Shown: positions 13,401 through 24,885 of the stretch, in pieces | Layout of the letters: every line of letters starts with the position of its first letter | Numbering within the stretch: the first letter of the stretch is position 1 | Assembly: GCA_040954595.2 (NCBI GenBank) | Contig: CM082596.2 | Coordinates: 9,878,461-9,942,460, forward strand | Reading direction: 5' to 3' | Source: Balanoglossus misakiensis | Taxonomy: Eukaryota > Animalia > Hemichordata | DNA: 64,000 nt | The notes under the pieces: model-generated | Seen by the model: the letters and a program-made list of their open reading frames with translations, nothing else | What the model was told of the DNA's origin: nothing | Databases searched by the model: none | Translations under genes and position numbers: made by a program

Positions 13401-13908
13401 GTTTGTTACCCTTTTTGGACAGGCAACTTCACCACCAAAGATGACTTCTCAGCATGTGCCAGCTGCTGCACTGAAAGCCACAGAGGGTGTCATGCAAATG
13501 GCAAATGCTAGTCAGTTCAGTAAGATGCCACAAATTGCTGCTGTGAATTCTATCAACTCACAGCCACAGCAGAGATGGCCAGGTACAGATTCAAAGCCAC
13601 AACGAGGTAGGTACAGTCAAACCTGTCTACAGTGGCCAGTCAAGGGACTTTCCTAAACTGGCATTTATAGACAGGTGGCTTCTATAGATAGGTCAGTTAA
13701 TGTGCAATGTACATGTACATGAAATGAAACAAAGTTGCCACTATAATAGAGGTGGCCACAAACACAGATTTGACTGTCATATATGTTATGTTGCCATGGC
13801 AGTCATTTACCATTAGTTTGAATATACTTTGCCAAAACCTGAGGAAAAAATATTCAAGTTCCCCTTTTCGTATTCCCCTATCAATGGTATAATACAACAG
13901 TGTCATGG
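10427..13908 (+). repeat. Tandem segmental duplication 1, copy B
   Basis: Paralogous to 4330-8838; lacks the Zator-like insert but carries its own inserts at 11544-12010 and ~12183-12500. Confidence 0.95.
11544..12010. mobile_element. Non-autonomous foldback transposon, AcademH-like (about 150-bp TIRs, 9-bp TSD)
   Basis: TIR tagtctcggttacccagatgcctttgcttcttccgatg...gacccgggtcac mirrored at ~11849-12010; flanks atcaaatgt/atcaactgt; empty site ctcaaatcaactgttgg in copy A (~7341). The exact end is ambiguous by 1-2 nt. Confidence 0.75.
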
Positions 13909-14086
13909 TAAAATTTTGTGACATTTTTGCTAACTGCTAAAGCCCAAGTAACATTGTTTTTTTCAGTATTTTTCAGCGAAGGAATTAACCCTAGTTTCTT
14001 GTTCTGCTATGGATAGCTTTATGAAATGTTCAGTCTTTAGCTTCTATACAAAACTTGTACATGAGTAATGGCATTGTGAATATTAA

Positions 14087-15282
14087 CCCTTACGCTGTCG
14101 AGTCCGTAGCAGAGCGCCCGATTTCCGGTGTGGGTAGAAGTCGAACGTTGGCGAGTGATGAATGACCTAAATGGTATGGATCGATATGATTCACCGACCC
14201 GCTGGAGTCTCTAGGCGTTTGCGTGCGCTTCGCATAACGGGTTGACTTTGAACTACCGTTTTGAGGGCAATATCTGTTAGGACAGGAAAGTCTCGACAGG
14301 GTTCTTTGCCTTGAACTACAAAGAGCACACTATCCTAAGAGGCACATTCCGCCGGTCATTCCCGACCCTGTGGAGACCGTTTTTTTTGCGTCCGTCAAAA
14401 ACGTACTTGGCATCGATGCATTGTTTACTATAACAGACGGTTCCACAACGACATAGGGTATCGACCTTTTCGATGGCCAGCGGTGTCGGATGCACTCGTG
14501 GGTAGCACTGTTTGGGAAAGTGCGTTTTGGGATCGACTCGGGAAACATGACGAAATGGTGCAATGGGGCCCGCAGAGCTTGCGGGATACCTATGACTGTG
14601 TCGGTACAACCCTGTGCCGTAAAAAATTTATAGCGTATTAACACCGTACTGAACGTCAGTTTGCCGTGCGTAAGTAACCAACGTGTCGTTATCACAACGT
14701 CCGTGTGTGTCTCGTCTGAAGAAATGAGTCGTTATCACAACGTCCGTGTGTGTCTGGTCTGAAGAAATGAGTCGTTGTCGGGCGGCTGTAGAGTGGGACA
14801 CTGTGCGCCAGTGTCTAGTCGTTCGCATTACGTGTCGAACTAACTCGTACCCTACGGGAAAGTGGCAGGGGAAGGTGTGCCCGAACACCCCTGGCGGTAC
14901 ACCCTGGGTCCCCTACTGACAACTAATGGTGTCGTCGTTGTGACGTGATATGGCGTGTGCTAACACACTAACTTTATTTTCGTAAAAGTAAGCCTCGAAA
15001 TGACGTTGACAGACGCTCCCCTCCCAGGGGAACGAACCCGATGACCCCACAACTTTTACCCGGTTAATTGTTGTTTGAGGTCCCGCCAACACGGGACTGT
15101 GCCAAACTTGAAGTCTAGCACGTTCAAAAGCAGCTAAAATGACCCTCCAAAAACCCGATTTTCAGGCAAAAAGCCTGGTAATCCAGCGGGTGTAGAATGC
15201 CGGATTCTACATACACCGAAAAGGAGGCGGTCTCGTAACGACTCGGCAGCCCAACGGGTTATGACCCCCGGTAGCAAGAGGG
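14087..15282. mobile_element. Non-autonomous piggyBac-like element, CpG-rich
   Basis: TTAA|cccttacgctg ... tagcaagaggg|TTAA; abrupt GC/CpG rise between the ends; internal 43-bp tandem duplication at ~14686-14771. Confidence 0.75.
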
Positions 15283-16015
15283 TTAAATGAACTCAGACGA
15301 GAATTCATTTTTCAACAATAACAATGCTGATCAATATATAAAACGCCTTTGTTTGAAAACCAAACTCTGAATAAATTCTTAATGTTTTACAGAGTAGAAT
15401 AAAGTCTTACAGCTGATATCCAAAGTTAACATTGAAGTTATTGACGTTTTAATACTACTGTGTTTACTTATCAGCAGGTATGCAGTCAACGATGCGAACA
15501 GGAGTGCAGTCAACACAACCGACAGTACCTAATGTGAGCGACAGCAAAAATCCACCTGTCACCACTGGCACCAATGTTATTCCAACTCTGACACAGCCAC
15601 AAGTACATGTACAAAACCAGTCATTGGTATGTTATGTTATGAGCTGAGTTATAATACCCACCTATCCCTTTTGCCTGGCAAGTGACAGTTTATCACTTTT
15701 CAGTATTTCAATGGAACTGTATTTGGATAATTTGTTACCTAACATGACATCAGAAGATGGCAGCTTGATGTCTTAACTGAGGACATTGGATGACCAGTAG
15801 ATAAAGATTTTCTTTGATATCAATGACATCAGACGCAGTTCCGTTGGCATTCAAATTTCCAGCTGACGGGGAATTTCAGCAACGTGGTGCAAATGACGAC
15901 TGTGCAGATGAATACCAAGATGCTGTTGAGGCACCATGCCTGATACATATTACCTGTCTGGTGGTACTAAAGTATAAACACGTCCGGAAAAAAATATTTT
16001 ACGGGATACCAATTG

Positions 16016-16667
16016 AGACTAATAGAATCTCACATTCCCAAGGACCTGTGATCATATTTCTCACATGAGTTGGGGATTTTTGTCCCACACGAGCCGCAGG
16101 CGAGTGTGGGACAAAAAATCCCCAACGAGTGTGAGAAATACGATCCCAGGTCCTTGGTGTGTGAGATTCTTTTTCTCACACGACCAGAAATTTGCAATAT
16201 TAACGTTTATTTACAATAAAAGGACTAAATCTATAAAATACCAACTGATAACTGCATGACCAGTCATATATTGATCCGCCCCTCAAAATATAGTCCCCAT
16301 TTCATCACGAGTTTACAGTACACACATGCTATAAAAATGTGCTCAACACATTTTAATATGGAGATTGTTTCCAGTGGTATAAATTCAAGCGATATCTAGA
16401 AAATACAACCGTGTTTTTTAGTCTGTCGCCAACCACGTACACCACTGTCGTCTGCACATGACCTGATCACATTGTAGTTCAGGTTTGTGTACAACACATC
16501 ACACAATTGGATAATATTTGTTCGTTCTGAGGGGTATGAATATCATTATCCAATCAGAGCTCGTGTCAGATAACAGTTGTCTGTGTGCGCATTAACACAG
16601 AGTGTGGGATCAATTTGATCCCACACTCTCTATCCCACACTCCCAGCGGCCAGGAGTGTGAGAAAAA
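16016..16667. mobile_element. Palindrome-rich non-autonomous element (Crypton-like); second copy at ~19060-19543
   Basis: ~145-bp hairpin 16025-16169 centred on cccacacgagccgcaggcgagtgtggg, followed by ttttctcacac...gtgtgagaaaa inverted pair; no TSD seen. Confidence 0.55.
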
Positions 16668-17584
16668 TTATTCCCATCTTGTTATAAATCTGAGCCCAGG
16701 TGTCTTTGGTGTGAGATTCCAGTAGTCAAGAGTAGGCTTACCTTGAATAATGTAATGCTTGTAAATAATTTATAATTTCTTCTTACCCTCCAGATATGAA
16801 TGTCACAGTGGTGGAAATGCGTGCCAACACTATTGTCAGAATACCCATGGTAGTTATCTCTGCGCTTGCAGACCAGGATTCTATCTGCTGGAGGATGGCT
16901 ATGCATGTGGCGGTATGTAACTGTGGATATTGATCTCTTCTGTGGCTACACTGTTTGGGGATTGTATATTGCTATGGTTACAATCAGCTAAACACACATC
17001 CTGTCAGTCCATTGCACACATTTTAAAATTTGAAATCAACCGCACACTCGTACTGAACACATGTTTGTTGAAATTGTATCTCAGAATTTTTCCATTTATA
17101 ATTATGCATAATATAAACAAATTAACAAATGTGAAATTTTATCTTTGAAAATTTGTTTGCAAGGGTGAAAAAGTAATCTGTTTTTTTAAAAATCAGACAA
17201 AGTTTTGCTGACAGGGTACACGAGTTTCAGGGGATTTTGTTAAAATGAGAATGATAGAGAGTGTTAAAATTCTTAGATTCTGAGATTGCCATGGATATTG
17301 AGGACTTTGATGTAAAAACAATTAATTGATCAAGAAATATGTGGTTAAGTATATGTGTCATCAACCTCACACTATACTATAAGACTGTCTGATATATTTA
17401 TGCACAAGTACAATGTATTTTCACTACTTATATGCATAACTCAATCAAATTAACATAATTTATCGACCTATAGCTAAATAAATTACCACAGCAAAGAATA
17501 AATATACACTTAGAAAATTCATATAGTTTTCATCTCATTTTAAAGACATTATAAATGCTTCTCCGAGGGGTACAGTAATTTTTA

Positions 17585-18139
17585 GGGTAAGCCTAATTCA
17601 AGATTCACGTTTCAAGATTCACGTTTCACGTTCCACAGCCCAAGATTCATATTCTGATTCAGATTCTAGTCTTGTCTAATATGTTTATGCTGCCGTAACC
17701 AGGGGTGCGTACGATTGTTTATTGTCCTTGATCCCTGCCCAAGCAAGGTTCCCCAAATATTCTGTTCGATTAACGCGTGACGTCATTGTCGGGTATCTCT
17801 TCAAGTTCAGTTTCAACAACATTTTTCAAAGAGAGATGCACCCTATTTATTATTTTCTAACACATGAATGACCCTAGGCCTGAGATCGCACCATGGCCGG
17901 CAATCTTGGTTTTCACAGATACTTTTAAGCGTAATTCTGATATAATTGATAGGTTTAGGTATATTTTACAACCAATAACTTAAGCAAAGGACTAATTCCT
18001 ATATTCTGAATCAAGTGAAAGTAATATTGTAGATGGCGAAAGGACGTGACAAGACTCGAATCTGAATCAGAATATGAATCTTGGGCTGTGGAACTTGAAA
18101 CGTGAAACTTGAAACGTGAATCTTGAATTAGGCTTACCC
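17585..18139. mobile_element. MuDR/Mutator-like MITE (copy in the duplicate at 23576-24120)
   Basis: TIR gggtaagcctaattcaagattcacg...cttgtc (about 90 bp) with 9-bp TSD taattttta on both sides. Confidence 0.8.
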
Positions 18140-18149
18140 TAATTTTTAA

Positions 18150-18515
18150 TGGGTATATTCTTGATAACTCATCACCATGAATGATCATTTCAAAACTTAA
18201 CAAGGCATATGGCTAAAGAGGATTCAGTGTTTGTGCACCTTCTATCTGCTATGCTGGATCTATTGACAGTTTTCAAAGGGGTTTAAAGACTCGTCTTTTT
18301 ATTCAGTACTTTCTATTTCATTCCATTGCTTTTTTGGTTAATAGGGACTGTCTTTCAGAACTCTTTGGTTTGTTTCGTGTTTTTAAGTGTAATTTATTAT
18401 CCTTTAAGCTTTCACTTGTTTTCTAATTTTATTATTTTCTGTAGAAAATGCACTGAGATGTATGTGTATTATGTTTGTCAGGAAATAAATAATAATAAAA
18501 TTAAAAATAATAAAC
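18150..18515 (+). mobile_element. Degenerate 3' end of a CR1/L2-clade LINE (copy at ~24130-24495)
   Basis: Remnant YG*RGFSVCAPSI...FQRGLKTRLF resembles the L2 ORF2 C-terminus, followed by a UTR and an (AAT)n-like tail. Confidence 0.5.
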
Positions 18516-20664
18516 TATCTTTGATTTCAGATGTCAATGAATGTATGGAGAGAGCAGATCTTTGTGAAGGCCAGTGTGTGAATACAGCAGGCTATTTTTA
18601 TTGCACTTGTGTTGTGGGATATTGATTGGTCAATGGAGAGTGTACAGGTAAGACCAGCACAATATGTGGGCAACGAAAGGTCCTGTATCTGTAACTTTTG
18701 AATTTTTATTCAATATTATTCTGGGTGTCACCCATCATTTCTTGTTCAGCTCGGTGAAGCTAGGTAAGCAATGTTGTTATTGTTTAAACATTGTATTCAA
18801 GCCTGGGTCTGGACTTGGATGCAATTTGTCAATAATAACAGTGATTGGTAACTGCATGTTTACATAACTGGCTAACTGTTAAAGAGACCAGCTGTTCTTT
18901 TTGCTGTGTGTACAGTACACATGCCATTGGCAGCTTATGGCTCAGTCAGTGTTTGCCTGTTGATTTCTCTATGTGTGTGTGTCTGTCTGTCTGTATATGT
19001 ACTCCGGTGTAGACTTTTTTATTGTGTTATCCCTGAATGGGACCACTGTGTCCTTAACGCGATGTTTTACACTCAGCAGCGATAGTTTGTCTAACACGAG
19101 CCAAAATATCCCCAACTCGTCTGAGAAATCTTATCCCAGGTCCTAAGGTTGTGAGACTAATAGAATCTCACACTCCCAAGGACTTGGGATCATATTTCTC
19201 ACATGTGTTGAGGATTTTCTGTCCCAAACAAGCTGCAGGCGAATGTGGGACAAGATATCCCCGACGAGTGTGAGAAATACGATCCCAGGTCCTTGGTGAT
19301 TAGTTTTCTCACACGGTCACAAATTAGCCAAATTCGTTAAATAAATGACTCTTGAACTGTCATCTGGTACATTGTAGATTCAGTATCGCGTCATTGGATA
19401 ACATTTAGCACATGTTGTTAAAGAACTCTTTGTCATCCAATCAGCGCTCGCATCATATACAGCTCTCGATTCAGTGAGAATGTGGGATTGATTTGTTCTC
19501 ACACTCTGATCCAACACTCTCAGCATGCCAGGAGTGTGAGAATCTATTACGAGTTTGAAATCTTAGGTGAAGAGTTTATCAATTTCACTGCCAACCCTGT
19601 AGGGCATTCTGGGATATGTGCTCATGCCAAAGCACAAACAGCCATGACCTGACAGCTCAGTTTGTAAATCATTTCTACAAATCCACAAAGAGACTCAAAG
19701 TTTAGAAAAGTTGTGTCTGTTAGAAATATTAGAAATATTACTGTTAATACTTAATTTCAAAGCCATGTGAATTTGTTCACTTTAATAGGGAAATTTTTAA
19801 AGGAAGGGAGGATTGGTATTGACTTGAATAATTACAATGGATGTTTTTGTTCTCTATTTTCAGATGTGAATAATGAGTGTTCAGATTCTGTTTGTGCTGG
19901 AGGGTGTCTCAATGCAGAGGGTGGATTCAGCTGTAATTGTGGTGATGATGGTTTCTCTCTGAGTGCAGATCATGTCAATTGTTTAGGTAAGTTTTTTTTG
20001 AGTGGGGAGGGGATAGACCAACAATTGCTTTGCATTTCCTGCCTCAAAAGGGCGCTTACACAAGTTGTAAGTGGCAAAGATTACAGCGAGTCACCATGTA
20101 AAAAAAATAATAAATAAAAGTTATCAGGCACTTTCCAAAGTTACACATTTAGAAAAAAATGAGTTTGTTGTCTCATGTGTGATATTTTTGGCTAACAAAA
20201 CACTAGCGTCTAATGTGGTTACTACATTGTTTGTTTATCAGTATACAGTACTGGTACATATAAACATATGATATGACCAAGTTATATGCCAGATGATATT
20301 TATCAAGTTTCACACAATTTTGCTCTCTTGTATATTTTTTTCAAAGCCAACTGTACATGTAATTCAGATGTATTCATTCAAACACAATGTATCATATTTG
20401 TGTTTTCAAGCTGGTTGGTCACCATGCCAACAAGCGTGTTACAACACACCAACCAGTTACCAGTGTGGTTGCAGACCAGGATTTAAGTTGCACAGAAATC
20501 AACAAACATGTGTTGGTGAGTATCTACAATTGGGAGAAAGTAAGATGTAGGTGTTTGTGCAATGTAAGTGTCCAATACATGTACATGTATATGTGACACT
20601 GAAATTACACATTGTACAGTCAATAATTGGTAAATGTCTATTATTCATGACACAAATCAACATA

Positions 20665-20850
20665 CAGTCAAACCTCTGTGACTGGCCACCTCTATTAAAC
20701 AGCCACCTCTATATAGTGCCCACTTTATTCTAGTCCCTGTGTAATTTATATCTACATTAATTGACTTTTCTACCAGGTATAATGGCCACCTGTCTATAAA
20801 GGCCAGTTTAGGAAAGTCCCTTTACTAGCCATAATGGACAGGTTTGACTG
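20665..20850. mobile_element. pogo/Tigger-like (Tc1/mariner) MITE; relatives at ~8549, ~13614, ~25869, 26511-26680
   Basis: TA|cagtcaaacct ... aggtttgactg termini; the 26511-26680 copy has TA on both sides. Confidence 0.7.
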
Positions 20851-21694
20851 CACTTGTGTTGATTTCTGTCTGTAATACGTGTAACACAATCATAAAATTT
20901 TTCATAAAGAGGGCACACTTCCAAAATAAGGTGTCATCTCCAAGCAGACAATGTGAAAAAGGAGGCCGGTAGGTTACAGAGTACTGCTCGAGCTCATCTA
21001 CCTTGTTGTATACATGATACAAGTTGCGTGTAAAACTGACCTTACAATAAAATGTGGCTGTCGAAAGTCTGTCCCAACTATAGTGTTGATACACAAGACA
21101 AAGTTTTTACTCTTTGACCAACTGGCCTCATGTTTGCGTCTTGGAAGGGCACCCTCTTTATGAAAAAGGCATATGATATCACTACAAGGAATAAATTAAC
21201 ATGATAGAACATTGCTGATTAATGTCATAGATCATGATAACATGAATGCATAGCAATGTTTTGTTACAATTTGGTACATAAAGAAATGGACTACTGTGAC
21301 AGTATTGACTCTGGGCACTACGTAGATGATTCCCAGCCTCAAAATTCTGACTTGCTTCACCGTTGGAAGAAGTCAGTTTTCAGGTTAACATGTATATTTG
21401 TACAGAGTGTGGCATTAGTGAGTGGTTGCATCACATCAATGCATGACAAAAGGTCATCACTGTGTAAGACTCAGAAATAGAATTTGAATACAAATCCTAT
21501 TAAACAAAATATTCTAAAATTTACATGTTATTTTAACATGTTTACTCCTATAAAAGTGAGTGCACGTGTTTTCGAGGTCTCTTCAATTCAGAAGCCACTG
21601 TGTAGGCCTTAGTTGGTGCATGCAGCTCGTAGACTTAGAAATTAAGTTTGGTTCAACTCAAACGCTTCAAGTCCAGTTGACCATCTCACACTTC

Positions 21695-21760
21695 TGGCAC
21701 TGGTGGGATTCAAACCCACGCCATCGAAACGACTGCAGGTGCCTAAAACCCCTTGACTGT
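21695..21760 (-). pseudogene. tRNA-Leu(TAG)-derived pseudogene or SINE head
   Basis: tggcactggtgggattcaaacccacgccatcgaaacgactg..gtgcctaaaacc is the reverse complement of the 3' half, T-arm, long variable arm and anticodon region of tRNA-Leu; the 5' half is broken. Confidence 0.6.
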
Positions 21761-22542
21761 AGGACACAAATGCCTGACAGTGATATAACTATGTTATAAT
21801 GTTACATCGACAATACATAAGTTTGGGGATATGTTGTCTCAAATGATCAAATTGAGACAAATTATCCCCATCTTGTTATAAATCTGAGCCCAGGTGTCTT
21901 TGGTGTGAGATTCCAGTAGTCAAGAGTAGGCTTACCTTGAATAATGTAATGCTTGTAAATAATGTATAATTTCTTCTTACCCTCCAGATATGAATGAATG
22001 TCACAGTGGTGGAAATGCGTGCCAACACTATTGTCAGAATACCCATGGTAGTTATTGCTGCGCTTGCAGACAAGGCTTCAATGTGCTGGAGGATGGCCAT
22101 GCATGTGCAGGTATGTAACTGTGGATATTGATCTCTTCTGTGGCTACACTGTTTGGGGATTGCATATTGCTATGGTTACAATAAAACATGCATCCTGTCT
22201 GTCCATTGCACACATTTTAAAATTTGAAATCAACCGCACACTCGTACTGAACACATGTTTGTTGAAATTGTATCTCAGAATTTTTCCATTTATAATTATG
22301 CATAATATAATCAAATTAACAAATGTGAAAACTTATCTTTGAAAATTTGTTTGCAAGGGTGAAAAATTAATCTGTTGTTTTAAAAATCAGACAAAGTTTT
22401 GCTGACAGGGTACACGAGTTTCAGGGGATTTTGTTAAAATGAGAATGATAGAGAGTGTTAAAATTCCTAGATTCTGAGATTGCCATGGATATTGAGGACT
22501 TTGACGTAAAAACAATTAATTGATCAAGAAATATGTGGTTAA

Positions 22543-23338
22543 GATGGGTCCCTGGGATCTTTTTGCTCGTTGCTATGGGCCTTTATAGGACATTACACCC
22601 CGATTTGGACTAAGCCGTTTTCAGAGTCTAACAAGGGGCTGGTAACTAGTTGAAAATCTGCACGATTGTGTGCACACCCCATGTCCGAGTATGTTTACGG
22701 CAGCTACCGCCCGGCCATAGGCCGCCACGCTAATACGGCAAAGCAGCGGTCAGCGATAGCGTGCGCGTCCTGTAACCACAGTAACTGGATCGAACGCTAA
22801 AAATCCAATGTTTTGTACACAGAGATTTTGTACCGTTCACGAAAATCCCTAAGGCTTTTTTCATAGGCCACGTACGCCAGTCAAATTTGACCTGCTTGTT
22901 GAGAACGTACTTCCGCACAGTGTGACGGATCGTTTTTTTCTGTTTTCGTCGTGCTAAGAAGCGATACCGGTGGAAGAGTGCGTCCAAAAACACCCAAAAT
23001 CGATGACTTTTTCAGATGTGGTACGGGTATGCTGAAATCGTAGGATACAACGATAATATTCGAAAACAAAATCCGTCACGATCTTCCCTGGTTCAAGCAA
23101 CTAATGAATACGTATCAAGTTCGTTTTTGAGGTCACGGAATAAAAAGCCTTAGGCTTTTGAAATTTGACCTAGCTAATTTGCATATCAATGGCGTCAGGG
23201 GGCGCGCGCTCACAATCGTGCAGATTTTCAACTAGTTACCAGCCCCTTGTTAGACTCTGAAAACGGCTTAGTCCAAATCGGGGTGTAATGTCCTATAAAG
23301 GCCCATAGCAACGAGCAAAAAGATCCTAGGGACCCATC
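22543..23338. mobile_element. Non-autonomous Kolobok-like transposon (128-bp TIRs, TTAA TSD)
   Basis: TTAA|gatgggtccctgggatc...gatcctagggacccatc|TTAA; near-perfect TIRs; empty site gtggTTAAgtatatg at ~17341. RR..YY termini with TTAA fit Kolobok rather than piggyBac. Confidence 0.88.
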
Positions 23339-24699
23339 TTAAGTATATGTGTGATCAACCTCACTATACTATAAGACTGTCTGATATATTTATGCACAAG
23401 TACAATGTATTTTCACTACTTATATGCATAACTCAATCAAATTAACATAATTTATCGACCTATAGCTATTAAATTACCACAGCAAGGAATAAATATTCAC
23501 TTAGAAAATTCATATAGTTTTCATCTCATTTTAAAGACATTATAAATGCTTCTCCGAGGGGTACAATAATTTTTAGGGTAAGCCTAATTCAAGATTCACG
23601 TTTCAAGATTCACGTTTCATGTTCCACAGCCCAAGATTCATATTCTGATTCAGATTCCATTCTTGTCTAATATGTTTATGCTGCCGTAACCAGGGGTGTG
23701 AACGATTGTTTATTGTCCTCGATCCCCGCCCAAGCAAGGTTCCCCAAATATTCTGTTCGATTATCGCATGACGTCATTGTCGGGTATCTCGTCAAGTTCA
23801 GTTTCAACAACATTTTTCAAAGAGAGATGCACCCTATTTATTATTTTCTAACACATGAATGACCCTAGGCCTGAGATCGCACCATGGCCGGCAATCTTGG
23901 TATTCACAGATACTTTTAAGCGTAATTCTGATATAATTGATAGGTTTAGGTATATTTTACAACCGATAACTTAAGCAAAGGACTAATTCCTATATTCTGA
24001 ATCAAGTGAAAGCAATGTAGATGGCGAAAGGATGTGACAAGACTCGAATCTGAATCAGAATATGAATCTTGGGCTGTGGAACGTGAAACTTGAAACGTGA
24101 ATCTTGAATTAGGCTTACCCTAATTTTTAATGGGTATATTCTTAATAACTCATCACCATGAATGATCATTTCAAAACTTAACAAGGCATATGGCTAAAGA
24201 GGATTCAGTGTTTGTGCACCTTCTATCTGCTATGCTGGATCTATTGACAGTTTTCAAAGGGGTTTAAAGACTCGTCTTTTTATTCAGTACTTTCTATTTC
24301 ATTCCATTGCTTTTTTGGTTAATAGGGACTGTCTTTCAGAACTCTTTGGTTTGTTTCGTGTTTTTAAGTGTAATTTATTATCCTTTAAGCTTTCACTTGT
24401 TTTCTAATTTTATTATTTTCTGTAGAAAATGCACTGAGATGTATGTGTATTATGTTTGTCAGGAAATAAATAATAATAAAATTAAAAATAATAAACTATC
24501 TTTGATTTCAGATGTCAATGAATGTATGGAGAGAGCAGATCTTTGTGAGAGCAGATCTTTATCTCAAGGCGCCACAGAGGAATAAAGGTCCTTCTTTTGT
24601 TGCATTTCAAATAGATTCGTGTAATTCACTTTTGTTTGGGCTCCCTAAGTACTAGATCAGCCGTATTCAAGTTCAAAATATTGCTGCTAGTTCCAAAAT

Positions 24700-24885
24700 C
24701 ACTGTTTACATCAATGCAATTTCAGTTCCATTGGTTACCTGTGTCTGATCGTATTGTTTTCAATATTTTATTTCTTATTTTTGAATTCATTCATAGACTT
24801 GGACCATCATATCTGTCTGATATGATCAAATTATATGTTCCAAATCGAAACTTGAAGTCAGCTGATCAGCTCAAACTCTGTCCTG
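24700..24885 (+). mobile_element. CR1/L2-clade LINE ORF2 C-terminal fragment
   Basis: FHWLPVSDRIVFNILFLIFEFIHRLGPSYLSDMIKLYVPNRNLKSAD matches the L2 LHWLPV..RI.FK..AP.YL..Y.P.R.LRS signature. Confidence 0.75.

Larger units (their letters stand above)
10138..15626 (+). pseudogene. Decayed Ser/Thr/Gln/Pro-rich gene, copy B (exons 10138-10252, 11366- interrupted, 12726-12987, 13423-13606, 15478-15626)
   Basis: Canonical splice sites with matching phases for 10252>11366 (G|AA) and 13606>15478 (G|GT); the second exon is split by a transposon and the third has an in-frame TGA where copy A has GGA. Confidence 0.55.
16794..20515 (+). pseudogene. Calcium-binding EGF-repeat gene fragment (fibrillin/fibulin/matrilin-type), four phase-1 exons: 16794-16912, 18531-18647, 19864-19986, 20411-20515
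   Basis: Exons read [150 protein letters not shown]. Exon 1 lacks 4 nt relative to its paralog; exon 2 has TGA at 18623. Confidence 0.85.
16665..21351 (+). repeat. Tandem segmental duplication 2, copy 1 (paralog ~21859-26462)
   Basis: Colinear match 16665-18567 to 21859-24548 and 20468-21351 to 25676-26462. Confidence 0.95.
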
